In this document: piece by piece, positions 38,893-48,424 of the stretch
How the letters are laid out: every line of letters begins with the position of its first letter
Numbering within the stretch: the first letter of the stretch is position 1
From: a virus
Reading direction: 5' to 3' (one strand)
Virus record (IMG/VR): IMGVR_UViG_2802429139_000001
Length of the DNA stretch: 64,000 bases
Position numbers and translations under genes: made by a program
The notes under the pieces: generated by a model
Databases searched by the model: none
The model's input: only the letters and a program-made list of their open reading frames with translations
What the model was told of the DNA's origin: nothing

Positions 38893-40313
38893 TTGTGCTT
38901 CCAGACGCTCCAGTCGTTGCGCTCGTTGGCCTTGAATGTGGTGAGCCACTGACTGCCCCAAACGATCTGCTCACGCCATTTGGGCGAGCGTGCAACGTAA
39001 TTGAATGCCGCCATATCACCCTTGACCTTGCTCGGCCCCACGCGGAAGATCTCACGCACCATGTCGGCGCAGAAGTCCAGCAGCGTCGCGTGATCACCAC
39101 CTACGACGCCTGCGTTGAGTAGTTGAGCGCCACCATTCTCGGCTATCCACTGCTGATAAGGCGGATGATTCTGGCGCATCCAGGGGATGTCCAAGACGGT
39201 TGGCTCATGCCCGACATACAGCGCACCCTCACGCATCAAGCCCCAGGGCTCGCGCAACATCTCGACGTCGGTGCCATCGGTCATCCATACCCACGCGCTC
39301 TCGTGGTCGCGCAGATAGCGATAGCAGACTATCCAGCGTTGGAGGTATGGATTCAGACCCGACTCCACAGACGCCCCGGCGCCTCCGTCGTGCTCATAGG
39401 GTTCGTCGGCCAGAATGATCGACTTCGCACCTCTGATTGACTTGCGCCAGGCCTGAAAGTCGGCTGACACCAACTTGGAAGCGTTCTTACGCTGTGGATC
39501 AACCACTTTCGTCAACATGGTGGTGATGACTTCATTGCTCAGTTGACGGTATGGGACGAATCCGTGCGTGGTCTCGCGCAGCTCGGCCAGCAGATGATCG
39601 TTGCGCTCGATCTGCGTCTGGCGCTCACGATCGTTGACGCTGCGCTTGAATTCGGGATGCTTGTGCCAGTGCTCATCCATCGAATAGATGAACTCGGCTG
39701 AACCCGCGGCGTCCTGAAATGCATTGGTAGTCAGGCCGGTGTTGTTGATGCGAAGGCTGTACTCGACGTGCTCATGACCCCATACGCCGAAGATGGTTCG
39801 CATGCCACCACAGCGCTCGATGACACTGTGGTTCACGTAGATGAGACACCCCATTGGGTGATTGAATGCGCGCGTCCGACCGTCTTCATAGATGGTCTCC
39901 GGTGTGCCCACGGGTTTACCGTTCGCGTCAAGCGTCTTGAACAGATAGCACAGGTGGGGCTCTGGGTTATCGATGTAGAGATCTGTCCAGCCCTGTTTGA
40001 TCGGATAGCAGTCGTCATCAAGAAGAAACAGCTCGGTACAGCCAGCATCAACCAGCAGCTCAATGCACTTGTTCTTGGCCGCGGCGACGCCAGCACGCTC
40101 AGCGAATCGATAGGTGATACCTAAGCCTGGCTGCGTGGATGCGTCGTCAACGACAACCACCGTTGCACCCGGCGTAAAGCGCCGGACATGCTCAAGTGTT
40201 GTGGCTAGGACTTCGGGGCGGTTCCGCGTCGTGATCGCGACGCCGATATGCGATTGCGCCGGCGTGCCGGACGGTACGAACTCAACCCCATTGATCAGCA
40301 CTGATGGATTCAA
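38889..40313 (-). CDS. Glycosyltransferase (family-2-like N-terminal domain plus C-terminal domain)
   Basis: GVAITTRNRPEVL...VVVVDDAS; GGAGG RBS before TTG start. Confidence 0.6.
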   Translation of the reverse strand: MNPSVLINGVEFVPSGTPAQSHIGVAITTRNRPEVLATTLEHVRRFTPGATVVVVDDASTQPGLGITYRFAERAGVAAAKNKCIELLVDAGCTELFLLDDDCYPIKQGWTDLYIDNPEPHLCYLFKTLDANGKPVGTPETIYEDGRTRAFNHPMGCLIYVNHSVIERCGGMRTIFGVWGHEHVEYSLRINNTGLTTNAFQDAAGSAEFIYSMDEHWHKHPEFKRSVNDRERQTQIERNDHLLAELRETTHGFVPYRQLSNEVITTMLTKVVDPQRKNASKLVSADFQAWRKSIRGAKSIILADEPYEHDGGAGASVESGLNPYLQRWIVCYRYLRDHESAWVWMTDGTDVEMLREPWGLMREGALYVGHEPTVLDIPWMRQNHPPYQQWIAENGGAQLLNAGVVGGDHATLLDFCADMVREIFRVGPSKVKGDMAAFNYVARSPKWREQIVWGSQWLTTFKANERNDWSVWKHK

Positions 40314-40398
40314 AATCGCCTCCGACGGAAGGCCTGGACCGGATTTTGGGATGGGTCTGTCAGTTGCTCATGATACGACGTGTAGTGGACATTGTGTT

Positions 40399-40414
40399 GC
40401 CTGGTAGTTGATGG
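40399..40414. promoter_or_regulatory. Copy 2 of CCTGGTAGTTGA motif upstream of glycosyltransferase operon
   Basis: Shared motif. Confidence 0.4.
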
Positions 40415-40431
40415 CGCGCCCGACATACAAC

Positions 40432-40461
40432 GAAGGCCCCCGGAGGGGTCCGAGGGCCTTC
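40432..40461. terminator. Hairpin GAAGGCCC...GGGCCTTC between early and glycosylation modules
   Basis: 8-bp GC stem. Confidence 0.4.
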
Positions 40462-40511
40462 GTCCATCACAACAACGACACCTTTGCGGAAAGGTGCCTG
40501 ATCAGTATAGA

Positions 40512-40886
40512 TCAGGCTTCGCGCGGTCGTCTGCGCGCGAGGTAGCGATTCACCTCGCCGACGTTGTACAGCTTGGTTCCGTCGTGCGCCTCGGAACTTG
40601 TTATGTAACCGCGATAGTTCCATTGCTGAACCGTGCTAGGCAGCACGTCAGCGATCTCGGCCATCTCATTGGCCGTCAACCACTGATCAGGGTCGTACGG
40701 CATCGTGCTCGGCTGCGTCCAGTACACGTGCTCATCAACGCGTGCCTGATGGAATCGCGCGAGCGCCGCAGCTGGGTCCTCGATGTCACCGGCGACCACT
40801 CGCGTCAGCAGGTCGATCGCGATGATCGCGATGCGCTTGTTCCTAACCTCGCGTGACTCCCGGTAGATGTGGACGTTGGTGCTCAT
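40512..40886 (-). CDS. HTH DNA-binding protein (excisionase/MerR-like fold)
   Basis: LTANEMAEIADVLPSTVQQWNYRGYI. Confidence 0.5.
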   Translation of the reverse strand: MSTNVHIYRESREVRNKRIAIIAIDLLTRVVAGDIEDPAAALARFHQARVDEHVYWTQPSTMPYDPDQWLTANEMAEIADVLPSTVQQWNYRGYITSSEAHDGTKLYNVGEVNRYLARRRPREA

Positions 40887-41794
40887 CGGTCGGCCGTACC
40901 CTCCAGCGCGGTCAGGAAGCGTTCCCACGGCATGCCGGTAGTAGCGCACGCCAGCTCTAGGTACCACTGCCGTTCGACGGCCAGCCAGGCGCATACGTCG
41001 CGCTGCCATTCTGCCTCCGCAAGTAACCATTTCAGCATCTCGTGCTCCTCCTGATCTGTGAGAACCATCGACTGGAGCCACTTGTACTCGGCCTCGGTCC
41101 ATGTGCCGTCCTGGTTGGGCCCACCGTTGCACGCCAGGCAGCGGATGACCTCAGGCGTGATGTCCTCTTGGTTGGCTGAGCTGACACTTTGACGTTTGTC
41201 CTGCACCTCTTTGACCAGCGCCAGCTCGCCGCACACGGGACACGGTAGGTGTTGCTTCTCTCGGTACAGTGTCTCGCCGAGATGCCGACGGACGCGATAA
41301 CCGAGGTCGAACACCTTGAGAGCCAACATGGTTCCCTCTTGCGAGGACGCCAGCACGTCAATGTTCTTGGTCACCACGTCAACAGCTTTGAGCACCACCC
41401 GGAAGTCGTATCTGTCGGCCGATGACTGACCGACCACCACGTCACCACGGGAGCGCTTGCGCTCACCCCTGCCTAGTGCCAGCCGCGTAGAGCGGTCGCA
41501 GATATCGACGATCTCACCCATCAGCTCGGCGGTGTCCACGTTGATCAGCACCTTTGAGCCGGGTTTGGGTCTGCGGCTGATGTCCTCGGCCTGGCCGCGC
41601 GCTCGCTTCTCCCCTATCGTCAGTTTCAATTTGCACCAGTCATTGGGCATGCGACGGATTAGTTTTCGCGTCTTGAGCTGGCACGCCTCGCAAAGATACG
41701 CCTCGCCGGTCACTTCGGCGGCACGACGCTGCCCGGCGACTACTTCGTAGCCGTCGCACAGTCGGCCAGCCCTACAACGGCGTACCTCACTCAT
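40883..41794 (-). CDS. Hypothetical Cys-rich protein (303 aa)
   Basis: CxxC pairs; ATGA overlaps. Confidence 0.5.
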   Translation of the reverse strand: MSEVRRCRAGRLCDGYEVVAGQRRAAEVTGEAYLCEACQLKTRKLIRRMPNDWCKLKLTIGEKRARGQAEDISRRPKPGSKVLINVDTAELMGEIVDICDRSTRLALGRGERKRSRGDVVVGQSSADRYDFRVVLKAVDVVTKNIDVLASSQEGTMLALKVFDLGYRVRRHLGETLYREKQHLPCPVCGELALVKEVQDKRQSVSSANQEDITPEVIRCLACNGGPNQDGTWTEAEYKWLQSMVLTDQEEHEMLKWLLAEAEWQRDVCAWLAVERQWYLELACATTGMPWERFLTALEGTADR

Positions 41795-42173
41795 CGAGTG
41801 GTTCAACCTCCATGATGTTGTGTGGATCATTCAGTGGCCGTTGGCATGTGGTGCACATCAACACGAAGTCGCGTTCCTTGATCAATCGTTGATTGGCCGC
41901 GGCAATCCGCGCCGCGACGCGCTCACCGATCAGCATGCAGCGCGCACAGACGAAGAAGATCGTGCCGCCACTCGGCGTGAGCCCGGGCTGAGTGCACTTG
42001 TCGATCATGTGCATCTCGACGCGATACTTGGCTGGCTTGCCGCAGCGCCCCTCATGCTCGGGCTGATCTTCATTCAGCCCGCATTTGACGCACTCACAAG
42101 GCCCGTGATCGGGTGCGAACTCCAGGGCCTCCAGTACGTCTTGATCGGTCATCGGGATCGACCAACCCACCAC
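41787..42173 (-). CDS. Cys-rich zinc-finger protein
   Basis: Multiple CxxC motifs. Confidence 0.5.
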   Translation of the reverse strand: MVGWSIPMTDQDVLEALEFAPDHGPCECVKCGLNEDQPEHEGRCGKPAKYRVEMHMIDKCTQPGLTPSGGTIFFVCARCMLIGERVAARIAAANQRLIKERDFVLMCTTCQRPLNDPHNIMEVEPLDE

Positions 42174-42255
42174 ATGAGCACTCGATAGAGGCTGATCGCA
42201 GTGAACCCGACGACGAGGTTATGCGCGAACTCAAACCAGAAGAATGTCCAGTCCA

Positions 42256-42510
42256 TCAGAAGCACTCCCCGGCATGCACGAGATGACACGCCTCGCAGGG
42301 TTTTCGGTCGTCGCGCTCTTTGACCTCGACAAACTTGACGTGGCGCACTTCGTCATCGCCATTGGGGTCGAAGGACGTTGGGTCGTTGTAACACCCGGCA
42401 TGCACCAGATCGCCATCGTCGTCATAGATGACATCCTGACCGACTGCGATCATCTCGCCACAGTCGAAACAGTGGCCCTCGTAGGCCGCCTCGAATTCTC
42501 TACTCGGCAT
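42256..42510 (-). CDS. Cys-rich small protein
   Basis: CFDCGE...HAGC...CEAC. Confidence 0.45.
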   Translation of the reverse strand: MPSREFEAAYEGHCFDCGEMIAVGQDVIYDDDGDLVHAGCYNDPTSFDPNGDDEVRHVKFVEVKERDDRKPCEACHLVHAGECF

Positions 42511-42642
42511 CGGCCAGCTCCGCACACGAGACATGCACTGGCTCTTCGTCATGGTTCCGGTACGTCACGCGCGCGCCCAGCGAGTAGCCCTTTCCACAGA
42601 GTGCGCACTGACCGGGCTGGAGCGCCCCGAATGTCACGCCGA

Positions 42643-43110
42643 TCATCGCCAGTTCCATTCCGTCGCGGGCGCGATGAAGATCGACACACCTGGCGTCTCA
42701 CCGATCTCGGCGGTTCGTTTTCGGCCGTGGAGGTCGATCACACGCGAGTCGTCGTCGTAGACCACATGCGTCAACGCGTCCAGAATGGCCCTCTCCAGCT
42801 TGTCGGTGTCGGGCTTCTTGATGGCCGGTGGAGTCGGCTTAGTTTTCGGCAGCGACAGCGGGCGCGGGAGGACAAAGGTCAGTTCCATAGCTAACGCCGT
42901 CTCGACGTAGATGGGTCGGCCAGCCATGGCCTGCTGCGCGAAGACCGCGACATCGGAACGCCACGGCTTCAGGTCCTTCGAGCTTTCCACCATGTGCCCC
43001 CTGCCGACATGTCGCTTTGAACCTTGCGGTGCAGACTTCCCCGGCACGAAGAACGACACGAACGGCGGGGGCGCTTTCGCGCCGATCGACGGATTCACTG
43101 CATCAGGCAT
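42643..43110 (-). CDS. rusA: RusA-like Holliday junction resolvase
   Basis: FFVPGKSAPQGSKRH...DTDKLERAILDALT. Confidence 0.75.
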   Translation of the reverse strand: MPDAVNPSIGAKAPPPFVSFFVPGKSAPQGSKRHVGRGHMVESSKDLKPWRSDVAVFAQQAMAGRPIYVETALAMELTFVLPRPLSLPKTKPTPPAIKKPDTDKLERAILDALTHVVYDDDSRVIDLHGRKRTAEIGETPGVSIFIAPATEWNWR

Positions 43111-43295
43111 CCCAGAACCTCCCTGGAGCGTTGTTGCGACTCCCGACGCTCAATCACACGCCGGTTGATGTTTGATGTTCCAGCGTTTGATTGGGCTGCC
43201 ACAACGAGGCCACCCAACGTGAACGCGGGACCGCCCAACACGTCGCGGATGGGTTTCATCCACTGTTTCGGGCCGGTCAGCCATACGGTGGACGG

Positions 43296-43430
43296 GGTGA
43301 CTGTTTCGCGACCTGTGTTCAGAAACCCTTTAGGGTTTCTGAAACAGTCGCCAGTCACACACCGTGCTGACTGTTTCAACTCGACTGTTTCACTGACTGA
43401 AACACTGAAACAGTCGAAGCATCTGCGTAG
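43296..43430. repeat. Iteron cluster (about 6 copies of GACTGTTTC / GAAACAGTC plus AGAAACCCTTTAGGGTTTCT palindrome); putative replication origin
   Basis: Read directly; adjacent to primase-helicase gene. Confidence 0.55.
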
Positions 43431-43432
43431 GG

Positions 43433-45076
43433 TCATGACCACCTCGCCGCTGATGGGTTCAATGTCATGACCTTGGCGTTACGGGCACCCTCACCGACAA
43501 GGATGACCGACTCCTCGATCGCGGTCTTGATGATCTTGCGCGCGGCATGGAATCCGACGCCACTCTCGCCGAGTTTGGCCGTCAGCGCTCGCATGCCAAG
43601 GCCGCCGATGAACTCGGGATCAGAGAGAATCTGGACCACCAGCGGCAGCCCGTCGCGCGCTTTCGTCGCCGCCCGGCCACCCTCATGCAGTAGCAGCCCG
43701 CCCGTCTCCGGCAGGTACTCCAGCAAACCCTCGGCGACCGCCACGTCTCGCCCGTGCGCCGAGAAGAACCGCTTACCCCCATCGGCTGCCGGGTCCTCTC
43801 CCTCCTCGGTCTGCTCACGCACGATCTTCCAGAGCACATCCGGCCAATCGAGCAGCCGGGAATCGCCGCGGCTGCGCTCAGCGCTGTGGCCCATGTGATG
43901 CACCACGATCGACTCGTCGGCCCCGGTCTCGGCCACGAACGCGTCCCAGGCGACCAGATACTTACCGGCGTCCTTGTCCTCCGAGAGCCCCAGAGCGTCC
44001 AGACAGGGCCGCAGGCAGTCCAGGATGATGAAGTCCGACCCATGCAGCTTGGCCGCCCAGGACGCACGGGTGCTCGGGTCGATGATGTTGAACGTCGCAA
44101 GATGACCCTTCATCGGGAGCACCTGCACACGTTCGGTGTTCTGAATACCCTGCGCGCGTAGCCATCTGCGAAACATGCGCTCATCTAGCTCGGTATCGAT
44201 CACCGTGACCCGCTCAACCTGAGTCGTCGTGAACTTCCCGAGGAATGACACACCGTCGGCCAGCGAGCGCAGTAGGTTGGCCATCATCGTCGTCTTGCCG
44301 GCTTTGTACTGGGCTGCCAGTAGCGCGCGGCCACCCACCGGTAGCAGCTCGCCGATGCGATAGACGGCGTCCTCGTCGGGAATGCTCAAGAAGTCGGTCA
44401 GCGACACTGGATCTGGCGCTGTTTGGCCTAGCTCATGTGCCTGCTGGGCCGCGTAGAGCGCTCGGCCTTCGTCTGACACGCGGAGGTCGTATGCGGACTG
44501 CTGGACGCGCCTACGGTGCATCAACAGACGCTCAGCCTCGGCGTCGCTGATCTCAGCCGCGGGTGCCGGGTCGCCAGCAGGGTCAACCGGGTCAGTCGGC
44601 GGGTCGTTCGGGTCAATGGTGAACGCGGCCGGTATTTCCTCACGCTCGGGCACCTGCCGCGCGCCGACCTTGGCGTCACTGCCGCGGAACGCCGATCGGA
44701 TCGTCGGCATGATCTCGCTTTCGGCCAGGCCGATCGACCGCGCCGTGCTCACCAGGTTGTTGATGGCCGTCTGTTCGTCGATCCTTCCGGCGCGCACCAG
44801 TCCCGCGAGGCTGAATGTTGAGTCATTGAGCTGTTGGTTGCGCGCACCCTCTGGCGTCGCCGCCAGGATCGCCAGCTCCTTTTCCATCGCGGCGCGACCG
44901 TAGCGATCGTCACCGATGAATTCGATAGGCGTCGCGCGCCGTGGTGCCGGTGGTGGCCCGGTGTCGCTTCCGCGGAATCCGCGCATGCGCTCTTTGAATG
45001 AGATGACCTGACCGCCATTGTCTTCGGGCGGTGGCGTTACCGTCTCGTCATTGTTTTCGTCACTCATCGCCGTCAC
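43433..45076 (-). CDS. DNA primase/helicase (RepA-like RecA-fold ATPase with PriCT-like N-terminal domain)
   Basis: QYKAGKTTMMANL Walker A; VVHHMGHSAER. Confidence 0.8.
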   Translation of the reverse strand: MTAMSDENNDETVTPPPEDNGGQVISFKERMRGFRGSDTGPPPAPRRATPIEFIGDDRYGRAAMEKELAILAATPEGARNQQLNDSTFSLAGLVRAGRIDEQTAINNLVSTARSIGLAESEIMPTIRSAFRGSDAKVGARQVPEREEIPAAFTIDPNDPPTDPVDPAGDPAPAAEISDAEAERLLMHRRRVQQSAYDLRVSDEGRALYAAQQAHELGQTAPDPVSLTDFLSIPDEDAVYRIGELLPVGGRALLAAQYKAGKTTMMANLLRSLADGVSFLGKFTTTQVERVTVIDTELDERMFRRWLRAQGIQNTERVQVLPMKGHLATFNIIDPSTRASWAAKLHGSDFIILDCLRPCLDALGLSEDKDAGKYLVAWDAFVAETGADESIVVHHMGHSAERSRGDSRLLDWPDVLWKIVREQTEEGEDPAADGGKRFFSAHGRDVAVAEGLLEYLPETGGLLLHEGGRAATKARDGLPLVVQILSDPEFIGGLGMRALTAKLGESGVGFHAARKIIKTAIEESVILVGEGARNAKVMTLNPSAARWS

Positions 45077-45079
45077 GGA

Positions 45080-45472
45080 CTAGATCCACGGGCCATCTTC
45101 GGCCGCTGACCCAATGGCCGCGAAACGCTGTGCCGTGTCGGCGTCCACACCCAGCGCTGTCCACTCACCGGGGGTGTCAAAGAACTCTTCGCGCGTCATC
45201 TCCAGCATGTCCTCACCGGCGATCAGGCGGTCCACGATCGATTGCGGCGCGTGGATGGTGTGCACGTATTTGACAGCGGGCGACGCATCGATGACAGCCG
45301 GACCGTCGCCCTGGATGACGCGCTGCGGGAATGCGACATAGCGCACAGCCTCGGCAATGTCGGTGGCAACCGTTCTCAACGTCGGCACACCATCGATGTC
45401 CTGCTCTTTGTCTGGCCAGTGCCCGGTAATTGTCGTCTCGATCATGCTGATCAGCTCGGTTTCCGAACCCAT
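45080..45472 (-). CDS. Hypothetical protein
   Basis: Leader motif CAATCACAACACACC upstream. Confidence 0.5.
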   Translation of the reverse strand: MGSETELISMIETTITGHWPDKEQDIDGVPTLRTVATDIAEAVRYVAFPQRVIQGDGPAVIDASPAVKYVHTIHAPQSIVDRLIAGEDMLEMTREEFFDTPGEWTALGVDADTAQRFAAIGSAAEDGPWI

Positions 45473-45645
45473 GGCACTCCTCGGGGTGTGTTGTGATTGC
45501 CTCTCATTGTGCGCCACGCGGGCGCACTATAGGTCCCACACGCGTCCACACGAGCACTTGAACGCCGCGCGGCCACCGCGCCCGGCTGTCTCGCCGAGTA
45601 CGCGGTGACCACGAAACGAGTGCCACCACATTCGCAGCACGAACA

Positions 45646-46089
45646 TCACACGCCAGCCGCGGCCCTGAACACGTCGTACAGCTTGCGGAAACCCAGTCGT
45701 TCCAGCTGCCCGCTACTCACCTCGTCGTCGGCGATCGCTTCGAGTGTGCGCCGGAGTGCAGTCAGGCCATCAACATCGACCCGAATCACGCGTGTGACCT
45801 CCGTGCCATTCGGATCACGATCATTCCAGGCTCGATCATCGATGCCATGCCAACCGCGCACGTTGACGGCTTGTTTCATCTGATCGTGCGTAATCGTCTC
45901 ACCGTGCCGAATCTTCTGAGTGAGCATGTCTCTCAGCGCCTTCAGATGCGGGAGGTCCTCTCGCAACCAGTTGGCGCGACGCTCTTTTCGCCACTCCTTC
46001 ACCTCGCGCGCATACCGCGCTTTGTCATCCTCGTGGGCCTTGAGCGCATCATCTATCGCCTGAATCAGCAAGGCGCGCTTCATTTTCAT
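45646..46089 (-). CDS. Hypothetical protein (147 aa)
   Basis: GC3-rich ORF. Confidence 0.5.
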   Translation of the reverse strand: MKMKRALLIQAIDDALKAHEDDKARYAREVKEWRKERRANWLREDLPHLKALRDMLTQKIRHGETITHDQMKQAVNVRGWHGIDDRAWNDRDPNGTEVTRVIRVDVDGLTALRRTLEAIADDEVSSGQLERLGFRKLYDVFRAAAGV

Positions 46090-46523
46090 AGCTGTTGGCT
46101 CCTTAGTTGGTTGTCACGTTTACTCAGCCATCCATCGATGTCAGAGACGTGACCGTCCACGTGATAGTTGACGATCTGATCACTGCTCACCGGGTTGTCG
46201 TGTTTCTCAGCCAGCACACGGACGGTCGGCCATTCGTCCGGCCCGATCCATCGCATGAGTTCATCCCACGTGCGCGAGCGCTGTGGGTAGTTGGAACGTG
46301 AGTCCTGCGTGAGCACCCACTTGTCGCCATTGCGAATGGCCGCGTAGTTCAACGGCTGTTGGTCATCCTCGCGAACCTTGATGAACGCGACGACCGCGAA
46401 GGGCTCGCTCGGTTCGAGCGGCATGCCTGACATTTCCTCGCGCTCGATCTCGGCATCGAGGCTTCGCAGGTAGTTCACGACACCTTCACGTTCGACGCGT
46501 AGGCGCTCAATGGTTGTTTTCAC
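46086..46523 (-). CDS. Hypothetical protein (GTG start, 145 aa)
   Basis: GC3 rises only after GTG at 46523; GGAGACA RBS. Confidence 0.45.
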   Translation of the reverse strand: MKTTIERLRVEREGVVNYLRSLDAEIEREEMSGMPLEPSEPFAVVAFIKVREDDQQPLNYAAIRNGDKWVLTQDSRSNYPQRSRTWDELMRWIGPDEWPTVRVLAEKHDNPVSSDQIVNYHVDGHVSDIDGWLSKRDNQLRSQQL

Positions 46524-46737
46524 TGTCTCCGTATACCTTTCGTTGTGATTCGTTGCAGAGGTAGCAGAGCCTCGCTCTGATGTTGACGTGTCTGAATGGT
46601 TTGTCGCACCGCTCGCACAGATGCCACTGGAGTACGGGATCGCCCGTAACAGTGGCTCCCAAAAGAGCGCCACGTACCCGAGTGCTGCGATCGGGATACC
46701 GATGGCCGCGGCCACGGCCGCGTGATGTACCAGGCAT
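46507..46737 (-). CDS. Possible small Zn-ribbon protein (CxxC-x18-CxxC)
   Basis: Starts directly after upstream stop; low GC3 makes it uncertain. Confidence 0.3.
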   Translation of the reverse strand: MPGTSRGRGRGHRYPDRSTRVRGALLGATVTGDPVLQWHLCERCDKPFRHVNIRARLCYLCNESQRKVYGDSENNH

Positions 46738-46740
46738 GGG

Positions 46741-47274
46741 CTACTCACCGCACCCACCCGCGCCGAAGTCCTGCCACGGGACGAAGCGTGCCGCTGGGTT
46801 ATACGGCTCCAGTCCCACCATGTACCGCGTCGGGCACCAGAATCCCCACTGGCGCACGCGCCGGCCGGTGATGAGCAGCGTCCAGGCTGGAACATCCTGC
46901 ACGCTCGCACTTCTCGCGCAAGAGCCATCCTCGTATCGATCCTGTACCGTGACGGTGTCCAGCTTCACGATGTGCCGATGGACTGCCCGCCGGAACGCCC
47001 ACGACCAACGCTCGCGCCGGATCACGCCAGTGTCGGTGTGCTCGAAGTAGTGCCCCTTGAGCACCCACGACACGAACCACCATGGGTGGTCATGTGGCGC
47101 GCGGTCGTCGTCACTGTGAATAAACTGGTGGACATAGACATTCAGCAGCGGGTTGCGCGGAATGACGTACCAACGTTTCAGATACAGCTCACCATGACTG
47201 TTGTATATGAGCTGATGAGGCTCACGCCGCAACAGTTTTCGCAGCCAGCGCTTGTTGCTTGGCCCGTGGTTCAT
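46741..47274 (-). CDS. His-rich hypothetical protein (HQFIH...HDHPWW; possible metal-binding or cupin-like)
   Basis: Motifs only. Confidence 0.45.
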   Translation of the reverse strand: MNHGPSNKRWLRKLLRREPHQLIYNSHGELYLKRWYVIPRNPLLNVYVHQFIHSDDDRAPHDHPWWFVSWVLKGHYFEHTDTGVIRRERWSWAFRRAVHRHIVKLDTVTVQDRYEDGSCARSASVQDVPAWTLLITGRRVRQWGFWCPTRYMVGLEPYNPAARFVPWQDFGAGGCGE

Positions 47275-47510
47275 CGCCTCATCACCTCTCCCTGAAAATT
47301 CATCGTGCATTCGACACGGGCCAATCCGGTATGCACCTCAACTGTTTTCGTGACCTGGTGACCGTGAGAGGCGCGATGGTCGTCCACCCACTCATCACGT
47401 GACCGCGCATTGAGGAATGGCTGCGCCTGATTGCAGTCATGGCAGATGCCCATGAACTGCACTTCAGGCTCGCCAGGGAAGCTGTAGACGGTGCGAAAGG
47501 GTCTAGCCAT
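47271..47510 (-). CDS. Small Cys-containing protein
   Basis: ORF. Confidence 0.45.
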   Translation of the reverse strand: MARPFRTVYSFPGEPEVQFMGICHDCNQAQPFLNARSRDEWVDDHRASHGHQVTKTVEVHTGLARVECTMNFQGEVMRR

Positions 47511-47748
47511 TGGTCGTACCTCGCTGCTGCGCGAGACGATCCACCGCGACGACCAGTAGGTCGATAAGGTTCTCCATTTTCAGTTCCGGCCTCATCGACG
47601 CTCCAAGCGCCATCACCCCGGCAATGAACTTCGCAGGGAGTGGCCCGGTTTCCGGCTGCGAAGCGAGCATGACATCAAGCTCCGCACCAACTTTCGCGTA
47701 CCAGGCGATCGCTTCGGCCTCTTGTACGGGCGTGAACGGGTGCGTCAT
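47503..47748 (-). CDS. Small protein, paralog family member 1 (C-terminal LIDLLVVAVDRLAQQR)
   Basis: Shared C-terminal motif with next two genes. Confidence 0.5.
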   Translation of the reverse strand: MTHPFTPVQEAEAIAWYAKVGAELDVMLASQPETGPLPAKFIAGVMALGASMRPELKMENLIDLLVVAVDRLAQQRGTTNG

Positions 47749-48014
47749 GACGCCTGCCGCTGTTGTGCCAGACGATCGATTGCGAGCACAAGAAGGCTGA
47801 CAAGTTCGTTGATCTCGCCAACTTCGGCCTTCTCGTGCATCGCCGCGAACTTCGCCGCGATGTTGACCAGTGCCACGCCGCGATCAGGCGTGACCTGCCC
47901 GACTAGCTCAACGTGGTCGTCGATCATCTCATCGAGTTCATCGCCAACCTCTTGGAGCCAGGTGTCAATCATCCCGGCGAGAACCGGCGTCACACCTATT
48001 CCCTCCATGGTCAA
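47745..48014 (-). CDS. Small protein, paralog family member 2
   Basis: LVSLLVLAIDRLAQQR. Confidence 0.5.
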   Translation of the reverse strand: MTMEGIGVTPVLAGMIDTWLQEVGDELDEMIDDHVELVGQVTPDRGVALVNIAAKFAAMHEKAEVGEINELVSLLVLAIDRLAQQRQAS

Positions 48015-48418
48015 GACACCTCCTGTCGCGCAAGGCGATCAAGAGCGACCACGAAGAGATCGATCAGATCATCGGTCCTCAGAAAGTCCTCGGTACCAAA
48101 CGTCTTGACTGTCGTGTTCAGCAGGCCCGCCAGAAGTTTCAGCGGCGGGGCGCCATGCTCTCGCACCATGTCGCGATGCTCTTTGACCATCGCGTCCAGC
48201 GACTCGCCAACCGCCTGCTGCCAGGCCTGATCCTCTTCGGTGACTGGTAGGTAGGTCATGCCGTCACCACCCAGATCAGCGCCTCCGGGTCGAAGCCGAG
48301 ACGTTTGACCGTCGCCGTGTAGGCGGGCGTCTCGTCGTACTCCGGTAACCGGATGCCCAGGAATTTGTAGATCCAGTGCTTCACCGTTCTCTCCCAATTT
48401 CATTGTTGTGATTGTCAA
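48011..48418 (-). CDS. Small protein, paralog family member 3
   Basis: LIDLFVVALDRLARQE. Confidence 0.5.
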   Translation of the reverse strand: MTITTMKLGENGEALDLQIPGHPVTGVRRDARLHGDGQTSRLRPGGADLGGDGMTYLPVTEEDQAWQQAVGESLDAMVKEHRDMVREHGAPPLKLLAGLLNTTVKTFGTEDFLRTDDLIDLFVVALDRLARQEVS

Positions 48419-48424
48419 TTCATT

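Noticed and set aside
40360-40623. Minus ORF 40360..40623
   Set aside because: Mostly overlaps the better-supported 40512..40886 gene and the intergenic hairpin/motif region.
43296-43430. Possible CRISPR array because of repeated 8-9-mers
   Set aside because: Repeats are too short, irregularly spaced and in both orientations; there are no spacer-like unique segments.
43095-43442. ORF 43095..43442 (-) and 43024..43470 (+) across the iteron region
   Set aside because: Sequence is dominated by short direct and inverted repeats, so it is more plausibly a non-coding origin.
46507-46928. Long N-terminal extension of ORF 46086..46928
   Set aside because: GC3 bias is absent before about 46523; a GTG start with RBS at 46523 is preferred. 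The overlapping Zn-ribbon ORF is kept only at low confidence.
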